This document shows, in pieces, positions 18,112 to 27,625 of a stretch of 64,000 nucleotides of DNA. The notes under the pieces were generated by a model. The model was not told where the DNA came from and made no database searches. It was given only the letters and a program-made list of their open reading frames with translations. The stretch covers positions 8,095 through 72,094 of IMG/VR virus record IMGVR_UViG_3300022555_000023; one strand, 5' to 3'. Every line of letters begins with the position of its first letter. The first letter of the stretch is position 1. The stretch comes from a virus. Its lineage: Duplodnaviria; Heunggongvirae; Uroviricota; Caudoviricetes. The translations under genes were made by a program, and so were the position numbers.

Positions 18112-18963
18112 TCATAGTTCACCACCTTCACCCACGGGATTGTCGATGAAGTCCAGAAACTGTCGGCGTTGGTGGCCAGTCATGCTGCGAACTTGGTCTA
18201 CTGTCCAGCCATAGTATTCAGCCAGGCGTAGCTCGATGCAATCCTCGGGCGGTCGCAGGCCGATCATTACGATGTCCCACACGTTAGTGTTGTTGTTTCC
18301 GTTGCGGCCAACCAGCATGACCGTGCCCAGGGATAAGCTGCGTCGGACCGTGCTGGGCGACTCGCGGCCCGCACGAATGTTCTCCACGATGACTCCAGTA
18401 TCACGCACCTTGATCCGCACGCCAGACGGCTCCATACGGTCGGACATCAGCATCATGGCGTGTGCTTCGCCCAGTGGCCGCAGTTCCTCCAGCAGCACGC
18501 ACGACAGTATCTGGCTATATGAATCCGACCGCCGTCTGGTGAAGCATGACGTCATTTTGCGTCGTTCGACTGTTCTCGTGATTCGGAGTCGCTCCGGACG
18601 CTGCCGAACGTCATTGATCTCGATAACGATGAGGTTTTCTACAGTGCCACGATCACACCGCGGGTTAAATCGTGGGTCAGCAAACGTATTGCGATAACGT
18701 GGGTTTGGGTAGTTCTCATTCACGAGAGCATCACGACCATCGGAGAAACAGATCTCAGTCTCGGTTATGATCACCAAGTTTCGCGGCCCGCCAAAGTTGG
18801 ACCAGGCACATCGTAGCTCGACATCGTAGACTGACGGCACGCGTCCACCGACCAGAAGCGGCCTGATGTACATAACCAGGGCATTGACGTTGTGGCCCAG
18901 GCTGTCGGCGATGACCTTCATCATCACCTTGCCCGCCTTCGTGATCACGAGCATACCCGTCAT
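18112..18963 (-). CDS. hypothetical protein
   Basis: 283-aa ORF ending ..GEGGEL*. Confidence 0.65.
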   Translation of the reverse strand: MTGMLVITKAGKVMMKVIADSLGHNVNALVMYIRPLLVGGRVPSVYDVELRCAWSNFGGPRNLVIITETEICFSDGRDALVNENYPNPRYRNTFADPRFNPRCDRGTVENLIVIEINDVRQRPERLRITRTVERRKMTSCFTRRRSDSYSQILSCVLLEELRPLGEAHAMMLMSDRMEPSGVRIKVRDTGVIVENIRAGRESPSTVRRSLSLGTVMLVGRNGNNNTNVWDIVMIGLRPPEDCIELRLAEYYGWTVDQVRSMTGHQRRQFLDFIDNPVGEGGEL

Positions 18964-19247
18964 AAACTACACCGTAATCTTTCTAGAGTTGGATCGTAGC
19001 GATAGTTGTGCTTGACGCAGATATCCTGACACTGCTCCCAGGTGATGTTGCCCGCCTTGTACTGAGCAATCGCGTCGTTGGCCGCCGCCCGGTCGGCGTT
19101 CAGTTCGGCCCGCAGCTTCACCACCATATCGTGTAGCGGGCCGCGGTGCGGCTGGCACTTGTGCAGGGGCAGGCCCAGTGCCTGGAAGAACCGGCCCAGC
19201 CAGCCGATCTGGTCACCACACTTCTGACAACAGCTACTCGGGTACAT
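18960..19247 (-). CDS. hypothetical protein (N-terminal CxxC)
   Basis: 95-aa ORF, 4-nt overlap. Confidence 0.6.
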   Translation of the reverse strand: MYPSSCCQKCGDQIGWLGRFFQALGLPLHKCQPHRGPLHDMVVKLRAELNADRAAANDAIAQYKAGNITWEQCQDICVKHNYRYDPTLERLRCSL

Positions 19248-19518
19248 GATCTTCTCCTGGGCCTATCGCGGCCATCACTCGATGGTAGAGATCTTCAGGG
19301 AACTCGGGAAGCTGTAGTTCGCTTCTCACAATCTTCCCGATATCGGCACGCTCCAGTTCCAAACACGTGCGGATAATATCGTTTTGGGCGACGACGAACT
19401 CATCGTAGGGCTTCGTCGAGTCAAACTCGTTCTGGAACCGAATCAGCGTCTGCTGCGATACGCCCGATAGGTTCTTCCACACCTCACGCATCAACACAAC
19501 TCGATCATTTTCTGTCAT
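19234..19518 (-). CDS. hypothetical protein
   Basis: 94-aa ORF. Confidence 0.6.
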   Translation of the reverse strand: MTENDRVVLMREVWKNLSGVSQQTLIRFQNEFDSTKPYDEFVVAQNDIIRTCLELERADIGKIVRSELQLPEFPEDLYHRVMAAIGPGEDHVPE

Positions 19519-19570
19519 GATTTCGCCTTACAAATTAATCGTGGATCTCTTGTTTAGTAACGCCACCCAT

Positions 19571-19798
19571 TTAATTTGCCACCCATCCCAGGTTGTTGTG
19601 CCATACCACGTCGCCGCGCTCCCGCGGCGTCAGTTCACGATAGTAGTCTCGATGCGACCAGTGATAGTTACGATCCTCACCATCGTGGTGAACCCGCGGC
19701 TTCACATGCAGGAGGTTGCCGTCCACGTCACCGACAATGAACTCGCATCCCGCACGCGGGCCTTGTATCTGGATCACTATGTCACCCGCTTCGATCAT
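19571..19798 (-). CDS. hypothetical protein
   Basis: 75-aa ORF. Confidence 0.55.
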   Translation of the reverse strand: MIEAGDIVIQIQGPRAGCEFIVGDVDGNLLHVKPRVHHDGEDRNYHWSHRDYYRELTPRERGDVVWHNNLGWVAN

Positions 19799-20756
19799 TA
19801 TTTCGTACCTTCACGCAACGGTCCCACGACTCACCAAACACCCTCTCCCAGTCATTGCTGCTCACATCGAGGTAGCGGGCAACCCAGGATCGCACGTCAA
19901 GCCGGGTTTGCAGGCCCTCGCGGTGCTTGATCAGGGACAGGCCGGCGTCTGGCGTACCGGGCCGCAGGTCGTCGATGCTCAGGCGGGGCACGTCGGGCAG
20001 CAGTGGCCGCACCACGTCGCTGAAGGCCCGATAGTAGTCCGGAATGCCTGTGTCGCTAGGCAGGGCCAAACTGAACGCCAGGGGCGGGTATAGCTGGCCG
20101 TGCATTTCATCCTCCAGCCAGCAATGTACCTCCCGCACCTTGCCGCGAGCAAGCCTTCGCAGGGGCACGACATGCTCCTTCCACGTGAACTCGCCCGTGC
20201 CTTGCCAGATATCGAAGAATCCGCTGTCGTATGATCCCGGCTGGCAGTCCTTCAGGAACTGGAACAGGTCGGCTCGCACCACGCGTCGGTATTCCTTCCG
20301 CAGGGCCATGCGGCACAGATTCGGCCACACCAAGTCGATGATACGCTGGTCGTTCTCCACGACGGTGATGCCCTTGACCCGGCGATTGTAAGTCGCGTAT
20401 GTGGGAGCAACTCCCAAGCCCAGACCGCCGATCAGGGTATTGCCGTGCAGATACTGGACGGCGTCGTCCATCTGCCATAGCTCGCAGGGCACTGTGGACA
20501 TCCACGTGCCGCCCTCGTACTTCAGGGCGTTCGTGATGACGTCACTGGAGAACCGCAGCGAGACTGGTCGCTTTCCCATCAGAATCGCGTTACGCATCGA
20601 CACCAGATCGATGGGTACGCCGGCCTTGATGGTACTGATCACCACCTCGACGTCCTCGATCTTGCCGGGAGGTATCATCGGCATGCGTCGCAGCAGGCGG
20701 CACATGCGAGTGTTCGTATCCTCGGGCGTCTTGTTGCGTACCAGGGTTCGGCTCAT
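19782..20756 (-). CDS. Rossmann-fold SAM-methyltransferase/spermidine-synthase-like protein
   Basis: LIGGLGLGVAPTYA..GITVVENDQRIIDL..DSGFFDIW resembles motifs I, II and the post-I acidic residue. Confidence 0.5.
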   Translation of the reverse strand: MSRTLVRNKTPEDTNTRMCRLLRRMPMIPPGKIEDVEVVISTIKAGVPIDLVSMRNAILMGKRPVSLRFSSDVITNALKYEGGTWMSTVPCELWQMDDAVQYLHGNTLIGGLGLGVAPTYATYNRRVKGITVVENDQRIIDLVWPNLCRMALRKEYRRVVRADLFQFLKDCQPGSYDSGFFDIWQGTGEFTWKEHVVPLRRLARGKVREVHCWLEDEMHGQLYPPLAFSLALPSDTGIPDYYRAFSDVVRPLLPDVPRLSIDDLRPGTPDAGLSLIKHREGLQTRLDVRSWVARYLDVSSNDWERVFGESWDRCVKVRNNDRSG

Positions 20757-21016
20757 TGTCCATCACTCCTTTTCGTAAAATCACCGGGAAACACAGCACG
20801 TTCCAAACGATCAATACGTGCAAGTATGTCCGCACTAGCGGTCTCCGTAATAACTGAAATATTCGCTAGTGCGGAATCCAGCAGTTCATCGATGGCTTGT
20901 GATCTGTACATCCGCCTGCCGATCTGACCCTGACGCATAACACGATATGCCTCGATCTTTTGATACCGAGTTTTGCGAATTCGAGCGTCTTTCGATAGTT
21001 TTGGAACGTTCTCCAT
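20753..21016 (-). CDS. hypothetical protein
   Basis: 87-aa ORF, 4-nt overlap. Confidence 0.6.
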   Translation of the reverse strand: MENVPKLSKDARIRKTRYQKIEAYRVMRQGQIGRRMYRSQAIDELLDSALANISVITETASADILARIDRLERAVFPGDFTKRSDGQ

Positions 21017-21387
21017 TAGTCTCCAAGCTCCTCTTCGATCTGCTGGTCGATACCCGCCAGAAGCGTCGCTACCTGTATCTCGACCGAATGACGCAGGGCA
21101 CGCAGGGCCAGCAGCCGTGTCGAGTACAGAAACTTCGGATCCTGCGTCGTCGTATGATCATCTTGCCCAAAGGCATGGCTGACGCAGCCTGAACAGGCGG
21201 GCTCAACATGCGGCCCGCTGTGGCCACCGATGTAGTTGTTGTAGAGAAAGCCCTTGGTCAGGCCGCTGCCGCTGGGCGGGGCAACGTCGGGCCTCACGTC
21301 CTCGGTAAACCGCATGGCCTTCGCCAGCCTGAGTTCCTGCTGCAGGTCTGCCATTGCCTGCTGTTCCTTCTTCGTCATAGCCATCAT
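21016..21387 (-). CDS. hypothetical protein
   Basis: Trimmed to MMAMTKKEQQ (AAAGGA SD). Confidence 0.55.
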   Translation of the reverse strand: MMAMTKKEQQAMADLQQELRLAKAMRFTEDVRPDVAPPSGSGLTKGFLYNNYIGGHSGPHVEPACSGCVSHAFGQDDHTTTQDPKFLYSTRLLALRALRHSVEIQVATLLAGIDQQIEEELGD

Positions 21388-21532
21388 ACGTCCTTTACTC
21401 GGAAAGTGATCTTCAGTACGCCCGCCATCAACCGCTTTGCCACGGGTTCCCAAAGCTGGCCGTCGTAAAAGCGTGTACGGGGCCGCTGGTTACAAGAATA
21501 TTGGTCACGATAGTGATTCTCCTATGCCTTAT

Positions 21533-21540
21533 CCAGACAC
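21533..21540 (-). promoter_or_regulatory. GTGTCTGG junction motif
   Basis: 13 nt after stop 21554. Followed by ATAAGGCATAGGAG. Confidence 0.5.
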
Positions 21541-21553
21541 GGGAGGTTCAATA

Positions 21554-21733
21554 TCATTTGTGAATCAAATAGATCGTCGGCTGCGGCTGAGGTGATTCAG
21601 GCGTGCCACGGTAGTACTTAGCCGTAACCAGAGTGTTCTCGTCCAGGCGACCAAGCTCCAGGATTACCTGAGTCTGATCCAGTTCCTGCCGCGGTATCGC
21701 CTCAAGCCATTGCAGAAGTTGCAGGCCAGTCAT
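21554..21733 (-). CDS. small hypothetical protein (59 aa)
   Basis: Below the ORF-track cutoff: MTGLQLLQWLEAIPRQELDQ.. A junction motif follows its stop. Confidence 0.5.
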   Translation of the reverse strand: MTGLQLLQWLEAIPRQELDQTQVILELGRLDENTLVTAKYYRGTPESPQPQPTIYLIHK

Positions 21734-21747
21734 GATTTGTCACCTTA

Positions 21748-22098
21748 TCAGATCATCTCCACGATATCGTGGGCCAACTCATCGGGCCAACGGTCACCAC
21801 GACGTTGATCTTCAGCCAATTCAGTACCAAGCCATCGAATCTTCAGATCGGCGGCTGTCGGCCACACACGCTTGTACTTTACGGCGTTATGCATAACGTC
21901 GTCGGTGACACTCGTGTCGTATTCATCGACAACCGCGTTTGGAACGAAAACAACGGCGTCACGACCACGATGGCCGTACCACGGCTGATCTAGTCCGACG
22001 CTAAGGCGTCCTTTGGCGTTAGCTATCGCGTCCGATTTGCTCGTATGAATCGAACACATATAGCCATCTTTCAAGTTCTTAACAGCGTAAAGCAACAT
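21748..22098 (-). CDS. hypothetical protein
   Basis: 116-aa ORF. Confidence 0.65.
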   Translation of the reverse strand: MLLYAVKNLKDGYMCSIHTSKSDAIANAKGRLSVGLDQPWYGHRGRDAVVFVPNAVVDEYDTSVTDDVMHNAVKYKRVWPTAADLKIRWLGTELAEDQRRGDRWPDELAHDIVEMI

Positions 22099-22143
22099 GA
22101 TTCATACCTCCTATCACACTGGACACGGCCCGCCAATATGATA

Positions 22144-22455
22144 TTAGTTCATTTCGGGGCCGAAATGCGGAGAATTCGGATCGCCGACCGCCTGGTTCAG
22201 GCTTTCCGCCGGCGGATCCGCGATCACCTCGATGCCGGGCGGCGGTTCGGTCCACTGATCGCCCAGTTGCGATTTCCAGAACTCGATCATGCCGGGCAGG
22301 CAGTGTGCCGCGGCGTCAGCCCAGGTCGGCCAACGGCCACGCAGTTCGCGGAACCGCATTTGATAGTAGATGCTGCTCGCGTTATGAGGGAAATGCGGCT
22401 CATGTTTGTGGCCGCAGACCGGGCACATATCCTTGGACGGAGGGAGTAGAAGCAT
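22144..22455 (-). CDS. hypothetical protein (CxxC..H)
   Basis: MCPVCGHKHEPHFPHN..PTWADAAAHC. Confidence 0.6.
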   Translation of the reverse strand: MLLLPPSKDMCPVCGHKHEPHFPHNASSIYYQMRFRELRGRWPTWADAAAHCLPGMIEFWKSQLGDQWTEPPPGIEVIADPPAESLNQAVGDPNSPHFGPEMN

Positions 22456-23078
22456 TACGGTGCGAACTCCAGAGTTTCCATGTGCCTTCGACTCCTAAGT
22501 ATATCTTCGTGCGACACGCGAGGTGGTCTGAACTCGTTGCGCACCACGCGACCGTTCATGAGTTCGTTGTAATCAAAACGAACTTCAGTGGCCTGTCTAA
22601 ATGAGACGTCCTCACAGGCGAAGTCACACAGAGCGTTCTTAAATATGATAGCTATTCGTGGAATAAGAAGTTCGCCGCGAATGAACCTGCGTCCTCGATC
22701 ACGCAGACGATACCAGCCCTTCTTCAATACGCGTTCCTCGCGCCCGGCCACAATGATCAACTCAAATCGCTGCTCGACTACACCCCAGTGTCGCATATAC
22801 GATGAATCGCCCCATGATCCACTCGTGGTGTTATCGTGACCCTCAACTAGCCTGACAATCTCAATCCACTCCTCGCCGGTATTGTCGGTATATTCCTGCA
22901 TCCACTTCAGTATGCAGCAGTATTCACTAACGAATGGCCGTGGATAGAGACAGCACAGCCCTCCGCACACCTCACAGTGAAACTTCTCGCAGTCCCATAG
23001 ACGTCTCTCGTAATCTTCCTGCGTCTGGCGTATAACCGTCTCACGAGTAATAGTTTGCATCCGGCGTCGTTCGGGCAT
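22455..23078 (-). CDS. hypothetical protein with N-terminal ERRRMQT tag
   Basis: MPERRRMQTITRE after AAGGAGAA SD. Confidence 0.7.
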   Translation of the reverse strand: MPERRRMQTITRETVIRQTQEDYERRLWDCEKFHCEVCGGLCCLYPRPFVSEYCCILKWMQEYTDNTGEEWIEIVRLVEGHDNTTSGSWGDSSYMRHWGVVEQRFELIIVAGREERVLKKGWYRLRDRGRRFIRGELLIPRIAIIFKNALCDFACEDVSFRQATEVRFDYNELMNGRVVRNEFRPPRVSHEDILRSRRHMETLEFAP

Positions 23079-23235
23079 CGCGTTTCTCCTTCTCGTAAGC
23101 TAAGGCCAACGTCAGATTTACCGTTAGCACCGAGGATAAATGCTGCTGTTCAGGCGGCGTATTGATGTACCGCTGCACGGCTTCGCGGGCCGCTGGCGAT
23201 AGACTTTCAAGATAGCGGTCGATGTCGAACATCAT
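23041..23235 (-). CDS. hypothetical protein
   Basis: 64-aa ORF. Confidence 0.5.
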   Translation of the reverse strand: MMFDIDRYLESLSPAAREAVQRYINTPPEQQHLSSVLTVNLTLALAYEKEKRDARTTPDANYYS

Positions 23236-23420
23236 CCTATCCAGACATGCGGGTAGTCGCTCATGTGGCCCTCGTAAATCAACCAGAACACTTCGTCTCC
23301 GCCGATGGTCTCACCGCTTTCGGATGCATAATCATCGATCATGTTTCTGATCTCGGTTGGGCCGACGTTCTGGCCTGCGGTCAGGCGTTGCTGTAAGTAG
23401 TCTAGTAGGCTCATGATCAA
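23232..23420 (-). CDS. hypothetical protein
   Basis: 62-aa ORF, 4-nt overlaps on both sides. Confidence 0.55.
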   Translation of the reverse strand: MIMSLLDYLQQRLTAGQNVGPTEIRNMIDDYASESGETIGGDEVFWLIYEGHMSDYPHVWIG

Positions 23421-23794
23421 AGCTCCCAGCCAGGCCGCGATGATGGCGGCGGTGCAGGTGGTTCGGGCGGCGGTGTCTGCATGCGGCGGCGTACTATGAC
23501 TGGCCTCGTCAGTTCCCGTACCAGGGCGATCATAGCGTTTGTGGCAGTCTCAACGTCGGGCATGCGGCGACTCATGAAGGCCGCCTGCCTGTCTTCCAGT
23601 ATCTGCTTAATGCGGTTCTTGACGTCTTCGTCGGACATAACCTCGCGGCCACGCACGAAGTCCTCGGAGAACCGCATGATCTGGCCACGATACTCTGACT
23701 TACGATAGGCATCGTTGGCCGCGACGAGGCGGGTTAGTAGATTATGCAGAAAGTCGGTGTCGCCTTGGTTCATGCCTAACCAGACACGGCTCAC
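23417..23794 (-). CDS. hypothetical protein with C-terminal RRRMQT tag
   Basis: ..VRRRMQTPPPEPPAPPPSSRPGWEL*. Start is GTG 23794 or ATG 23773. Confidence 0.6.
   Translation of the reverse strand: MSRVWLGMNQGDTDFLHNLLTRLVAANDAYRKSEYRGQIMRFSEDFVRGREVMSDEDVKNRIKQILEDRQAAFMSRRMPDVETATNAMIALVRELTRPVIVRRRMQTPPPEPPAPPPSSRPGWEL
23780..23787 (-). promoter_or_regulatory. GTGTCTGG junction motif
   Basis: Between stop 23791 and ATG 23773. Confidence 0.5.
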
Positions 23795-24003
23795 CGAGAT
23801 GATTCAGGCACTGTCCCGCCCTGGGGTTTGGCTCGCTCTAGATTAGCCTCGCGTGCGCTCAGGTTGATGGGCTTCGACCGGCAGCCATGACACAGCGTGT
23901 GGTACTTTTCCTTCGGCTGGAACGTCTGATAACACCGCATACACGGTCGCTTCGGGGGCAGGTCTTCTGCGTCATCTTCTTCGATTAGAACGTCCGTGCT
24001 CAT
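23791..24003 (-). CDS. small zinc-ribbon protein
   Basis: CMRCYQ..CHGCR. Confidence 0.6.
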   Translation of the reverse strand: MSTDVLIEEDDAEDLPPKRPCMRCYQTFQPKEKYHTLCHGCRSKPINLSAREANLERAKPQGGTVPESSR

Positions 24004-24256
24004 GCTGCTTCCTTATTTCTACAAGTCGGCGGGCCGTCACCTCGATGGCCCCGGCTCGCACAGCTACTGCCCGCCGTGCTCGGGTTAGGTCGTAATGATC
24101 GCCGTGCCGCCATCCCCTTCGCAAGCCGATACTGCGGGCGAACGCTTCGAGTTCCGCGTCGCTGTCGGCCATAAGATGACAGGCTTCAGCATAGGGCCAG
24201 TTGCGGATAAACGCCATAGACGTATCACGTAGATCATCCACGTAGACCGACATCAC
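23972..24256 (-). CDS. DUF4031-like protein
   Basis: CHLMADSDAELEAFARSIGLRRGW..DHYDL..R..AVRAGA matches my memory of DUF4031. Confidence 0.5.
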   Translation of the reverse strand: MMSVYVDDLRDTSMAFIRNWPYAEACHLMADSDAELEAFARSIGLRRGWRHGDHYDLTRARRAVAVRAGAIEVTARRLVEIRKQHEHGRSNRRR

Positions 24257-24560
24257 TACTCTGCTGCCTCTCCATCCTGGCCATCATTTCGTTGTAGCTC
24301 GTCACGTCACGCGGCAGGATGGGTCGAGGCTGCCTCCCAGTGTAGTGCGTAAATAACTTGGCGTGTTCCTCGCAGTAGAACGTCGTCCAGCCCATCACAT
24401 AGTCCATAACCGACTTGCCGCCCAGGCCACTGAAGAACACCGGCGTCTGAATTTCCTCAAAGGCCAGGGTGGGTTTGGTCCTGCACTCCTCGCCTGGCTT
24501 ACCGAGAAACTTACCATAGAAGTTATGGTTGTGCTGACAAACGTGAATATCTGTGCTCAT
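24234..24560 (-). CDS. hypothetical protein
   Basis: 108-aa ORF. Confidence 0.6.
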   Translation of the reverse strand: MSTDIHVCQHNHNFYGKFLGKPGEECRTKPTLAFEEIQTPVFFSGLGGKSVMDYVMGWTTFYCEEHAKLFTHYTGRQPRPILPRDVTSYNEMMARMERQQSSDVGLRG

Positions 24561-24901
24561 GACTTCGGCTTTTGCTTCAGTTCGTCGATGTATCGGCCCA
24601 GACGTTCAGACACGTGCAGCAAGTCCTCGTTCTCATATACGGCGTTGCAATCCTCCTCGGTTTCGCACGGCAGCACGGCGCAGCACAACAGTTCGTACCG
24701 CAGCCGGCGGTTGATGATGTGCATCTCCGATAGCTGGCACTCCAAGGAGTGTTGGTCCCGTCCATCGGAATCGATGCGGCTGCCACACACCCATGCGTAT
24801 GGCATGCCGCTGATTCTCCTGGTCGGCTGGGCACCACACTTCTGACAGTGATCCTTTGGAAACTTACTGTCGGGGCAGTAGTTCTGTAGATCGGTGTTCA
24901 T
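24557..24901 (-). CDS. Cys-rich hypothetical protein
   Basis: Trimmed to MNTDLQNYCPD.., ATGA overlap with 24898..25041. Confidence 0.55.
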   Translation of the reverse strand: MNTDLQNYCPDSKFPKDHCQKCGAQPTRRISGMPYAWVCGSRIDSDGRDQHSLECQLSEMHIINRRLRYELLCCAVLPCETEEDCNAVYENEDLLHVSERLGRYIDELKQKPKS

Positions 24902-25041
24902 GATCGCGGACTCATTAGAACGAGGCAAACCAGAGCGGCTACAGTCAGCACCACCATCACGATAAACGTCCAGCAGCCCATCGCGTTGCAGCGGCACGGC
25001 CAGTAGCCGCACTCCTGGCACTTCATAGTTCGGTCGTTCAT
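24898..25041 (-). CDS. small zinc-ribbon/transmembrane protein (47 aa)
   Basis: MNDRTMKCQECGYWPCRCNAMGCWTFIVMVVLTVAALVCLVL. ATGA overlaps at both ends. This is the last 47 codons of the spurious long ORF 24898..25419. Confidence 0.5.
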   Translation of the reverse strand: MNDRTMKCQECGYWPCRCNAMGCWTFIVMVVLTVAALVCLVLMSPRS

Positions 25042-25328
25042 TGTCGCGGGGCTGGCTTGTCGGCGGGGCCATGATGACCCTCGGCAACGGGGCCTTCGAC
25101 GTAGTCGGGCTGCGTCATGACCGGCTTCTCGCTGATCACGTTCAGGCGGCACACATCCATCCAGTACTGGTCGAGGCGTTTGCCGTCTTTGTCGAAGCCG
25201 AGGTCCAGGGTCGCCTGGATGCAACCGTACAGGTCGAACGAGATCGACGAGCAGACGCCCTCCAGTCCGGTGACCTTGTCTTTGACCTTGTGGCCCAGCA
25301 GGGCCAGATGCTGTTGTACGTTCGTCAC
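25038..25328 (-). CDS. hypothetical protein
   Basis: 96-aa ORF, GTG after AAGGAGA. Confidence 0.6.
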   Translation of the reverse strand: MTNVQQHLALLGHKVKDKVTGLEGVCSSISFDLYGCIQATLDLGFDKDGKRLDQYWMDVCRLNVISEKPVMTQPDYVEGPVAEGHHGPADKPAPRQ

Positions 25329-25844
25329 TTATGATTCTCCTTGGGTTTGTATTTTGCGTCGTTCGATCACCTTCTCCTCGGCGGCGATGCGGCGTGCCAG
25401 GCTGGCAACAAATCTCCACGTCGGGGCCGAGGAATCGAACCAGGGCGCACTTACGGTTACCTTACCAAACACCGTAGCACCAGGGGCTCCCCACCATCTC
25501 TGGCCACGAGTTGTGATCGGCATGATCTCGATGAGCCCAGCCCACTGTGGGATATCATCGTGCGTCAGCAGGCCACCAGGCGTTGCGTAGTAAAACTCGT
25601 TGCACAGCATCCTGGCCCGGCGTTGCTTCATGCGATTCTTAACGTCGCTGCGAAAATCGGGGCGTGATACTTTGATCTCGATGGATACCCGCCGGCAGCG
25701 ACGGTCGGATTCTATTCCCCATAAGTCCATCGTGCGCTCGCCGTCGTCGCCGAAGCCTGACCCGACACGCATCTGCCGCATCCAGATCATTTTTCCCCAG
25801 GCCCGCATGTTCCGCACGGCGTGTTCGACTTCATCGGCAGTCAC
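25329..25844 (-). CDS. PD-(D/E)xK nuclease-fold protein (MmcB-like), C-terminal ERRKIQT tag
   Basis: D..SIEIKVSRPDF..NEFYYATPGGL pattern. Ends VIERRKIQTQGES*. Confidence 0.55.
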   Translation of the reverse strand: MTADEVEHAVRNMRAWGKMIWMRQMRVGSGFGDDGERTMDLWGIESDRRCRRVSIEIKVSRPDFRSDVKNRMKQRRARMLCNEFYYATPGGLLTHDDIPQWAGLIEIMPITTRGQRWWGAPGATVFGKVTVSAPWFDSSAPTWRFVASLARRIAAEEKVIERRKIQTQGES

Positions 25845-26028
25845 GCAGTATCTCCAGCATGGTGTCGGTGATCTCGACGTTGGTGGCCAGCAGCCTGCCG
25901 TTATGCAGTACGCGACCGTCCGCTTTGAACCGCAATTGGTTATCAGGGCCGGCAGCCAAGACGATCTCGTTAGATTCGGTGGCCTTAGCGTGGCGACCGA
26001 TCACTATCGTATCGTGTACGTCGATCAT
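25831..26028 (-). CDS. hypothetical protein
   Basis: 65-aa ORF. Confidence 0.5.
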   Translation of the reverse strand: MIDVHDTIVIGRHAKATESNEIVLAAGPDNQLRFKADGRVLHNGRLLATNVEITDTMLEILRDCR

Positions 26029-26234
26029 CTCGACCTCACGGGCTTCAGCACGGGGCGACCGTTCTCGATCACAGACTGCACCATATCATCGGAGAAGTCC
26101 GGGGCGTCGATGGCCTCGGTTAGAATGACTCCCGTGACGGTGGCTCCATCACGAACGGATCCGTCTGGAACCACCATCGTCAGCGGCGGGCCATTATTGA
26201 ACTCAAGCGTCAGCATGCGTACCTTCATTTGCAA
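26025..26234 (-). CDS. hypothetical protein
   Basis: 69-aa ORF, 4-nt overlap. Confidence 0.5.
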   Translation of the reverse strand: MQMKVRMLTLEFNNGPPLTMVVPDGSVRDGATVTGVILTEAIDAPDFSDDMVQSVIENGRPVLKPVRSR

Positions 26235-26590
26235 TGAATCCTTACCTTACGTGATGCGTCCTCAAACTTCCGCAGGCCGCTCAGGAACTTCGCGGTATCC
26301 CGCTGACTGCGGGCCGCCTTGACTGTAATGGCGTTGATTTCAGCACGCACGACGCCCTCCGCCCGCCTCTCGATCTTCAGCAGAGCCTTGGCCATCATCC
26401 AGCAGTGCCAATGCGCTTCTTCAAGCGTGAACTCGAACCCGCGACCGAAGTCGAAGTACTGATTGCCAACCACAAGCCATGTGCGGCACTCCTTGCGGCC
26501 CGTGACGCGAATCCAGCGATCAGCACAGTCCCGTTCTTGCACGGTAGCCTTTGGCGGAAGTACCGGCTTGTAATGTCGCGTCGTGATCAT
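26225..26590 (-). CDS. hypothetical protein
   Basis: Trimmed to ATG 26590 (ATGA overlap with upstream stop). Confidence 0.55.
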   Translation of the reverse strand: MITTRHYKPVLPPKATVQERDCADRWIRVTGRKECRTWLVVGNQYFDFGRGFEFTLEEAHWHCWMMAKALLKIERRAEGVVRAEINAITVKAARSQRDTAKFLSGLRKFEDASRKVRIHCK

Positions 26591-26793
26591 AGTTGATGCC
26601 TCCAGTGCGTCGGTTGATAGTAAACGTACATGCCACCATCCATGAACCACAGTCGCCCGTTCGAGCCACCACGCCGCATCCGCTGGATGTTCCGTTCGCC
26701 CTCGTGGTCGCTGATTTTGGTCTCGACGGCTACATCCATCGGCGGCGAAGTGTCCGTGATCGGCTGCCAGGTTTGTATGTAGCGTCGGGTCAT
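26587..26793 (-). CDS. DUF551-like small protein with N-terminal TRRYIQT
   Basis: Trimmed to ATG 26793 (ATGA overlap). W.PI..P...THW pattern. Confidence 0.45.
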   Translation of the reverse strand: MTRRYIQTWQPITDTSPPMDVAVETKISDHEGERNIQRMRRGGSNGRLWFMDGGMYVYYQPTHWRHQL

Positions 26794-27221
26794 CGCTTCA
26801 TCACCTTCGTTAGTGTTCGGATCGCGTAGCAAACATGGCTGCCGCAGGCACAGTTCTCACCATGCAGCAGCACCGGAGCAGGCAGGTCGCGTCTCAAGGC
26901 GGCAATAGATTCATCGATAGCCGCAGCAAGCTCACCCTGACGGTTGCTGACGGCCAGGGCGGGCCGCAGTAGGGCATCGAGTTTTGGCAAAGGAAAGAAC
27001 TTGTGTGCCTTACCTCCCTTGCCTACGTTCATCATGGCCATCACTGCCTCGCCGGGATTATTCTTGTCCGGCGGCATCCGAGACCACAGGCCCTGCTTGC
27101 CGTCGATCATGAACACCTGTCGCCCGCAATGAATGATGCGTGCCGAGACTGTGTTGGGGTAGTTTTCGATATGGGCCATTTCTCGCACGTCGATTTCTTT
27201 TTGACAGTGAGGACACTTCAT
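26790..27221 (-). CDS. zinc-ribbon protein
   Basis: MKCPHCQ.., later CACGSHVC. Confidence 0.6.
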   Translation of the reverse strand: MKCPHCQKEIDVREMAHIENYPNTVSARIIHCGRQVFMIDGKQGLWSRMPPDKNNPGEAVMAMMNVGKGGKAHKFFPLPKLDALLRPALAVSNRQGELAAAIDESIAALRRDLPAPVLLHGENCACGSHVCYAIRTLTKVMKR

Positions 27222-27625
27222 TTACACGTTCCCATGTTCTGGCCGCACCGCGGGCATACGCCTTCGATGGTCTTGCCGCACACGCATACGAGGTCGGGCT
27301 GATCCTTCATGACGTTAGTCCCTCGTGCCATATTTGCAACCGCTAGGTCTACGGGCGGCTTCGACATCTCCTCCACCCAGGCAATCCATCTATCCCATCG
27401 AGCCACCGTCGCCATCTGCTTCTCGTACCGGCGGGCACGTTCGCCGTCGCTCAGGCAGCTATGCGGCTTCGCAAACTTGTCGGCCCACTGCTGGCTCTTC
27501 GCCCGCTGGGCCTTCAGGTAGATCAGCAGGCCGATAGCCGGGGCCTTCTCCGCATCAGTCTGCTTGAATCCGCAGGCCGGGCAATAGGGCGTCGTGACTT
27601 CGGTTCCGCAGCGGCAAGTGCTCAT
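27218..27625 (-). CDS. double zinc-ribbon protein
   Basis: Trimmed to ATG 27625 (GGAGGAG SD, ATGA overlap). CRCG..CPACG and CVCG..CPRCG. Confidence 0.6.
   Translation of the reverse strand: MSTCRCGTEVTTPYCPACGFKQTDAEKAPAIGLLIYLKAQRAKSQQWADKFAKPHSCLSDGERARRYEKQMATVARWDRWIAWVEEMSKPPVDLAVANMARGTNVMKDQPDLVCVCGKTIEGVCPRCGQNMGTCK

Noticed and set aside
18112-18180. RRQFLDF near the C-terminus of 18112..18963 resembling a twin-arginine (Tat) signal
   Set aside because: Tat signals are N-terminal and followed by a hydrophobic stretch. This is C-terminal, and is more likely a weak variant of the RRRIQT tag or chance.
24898-25419. 173-aa Arg/Pro-rich ORF
   Set aside because: It overlaps better genes in other frames and has an out-of-frame, GC-rich composition. 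Only its last 47 codons (24898..25041) look like a real, coupled small gene.
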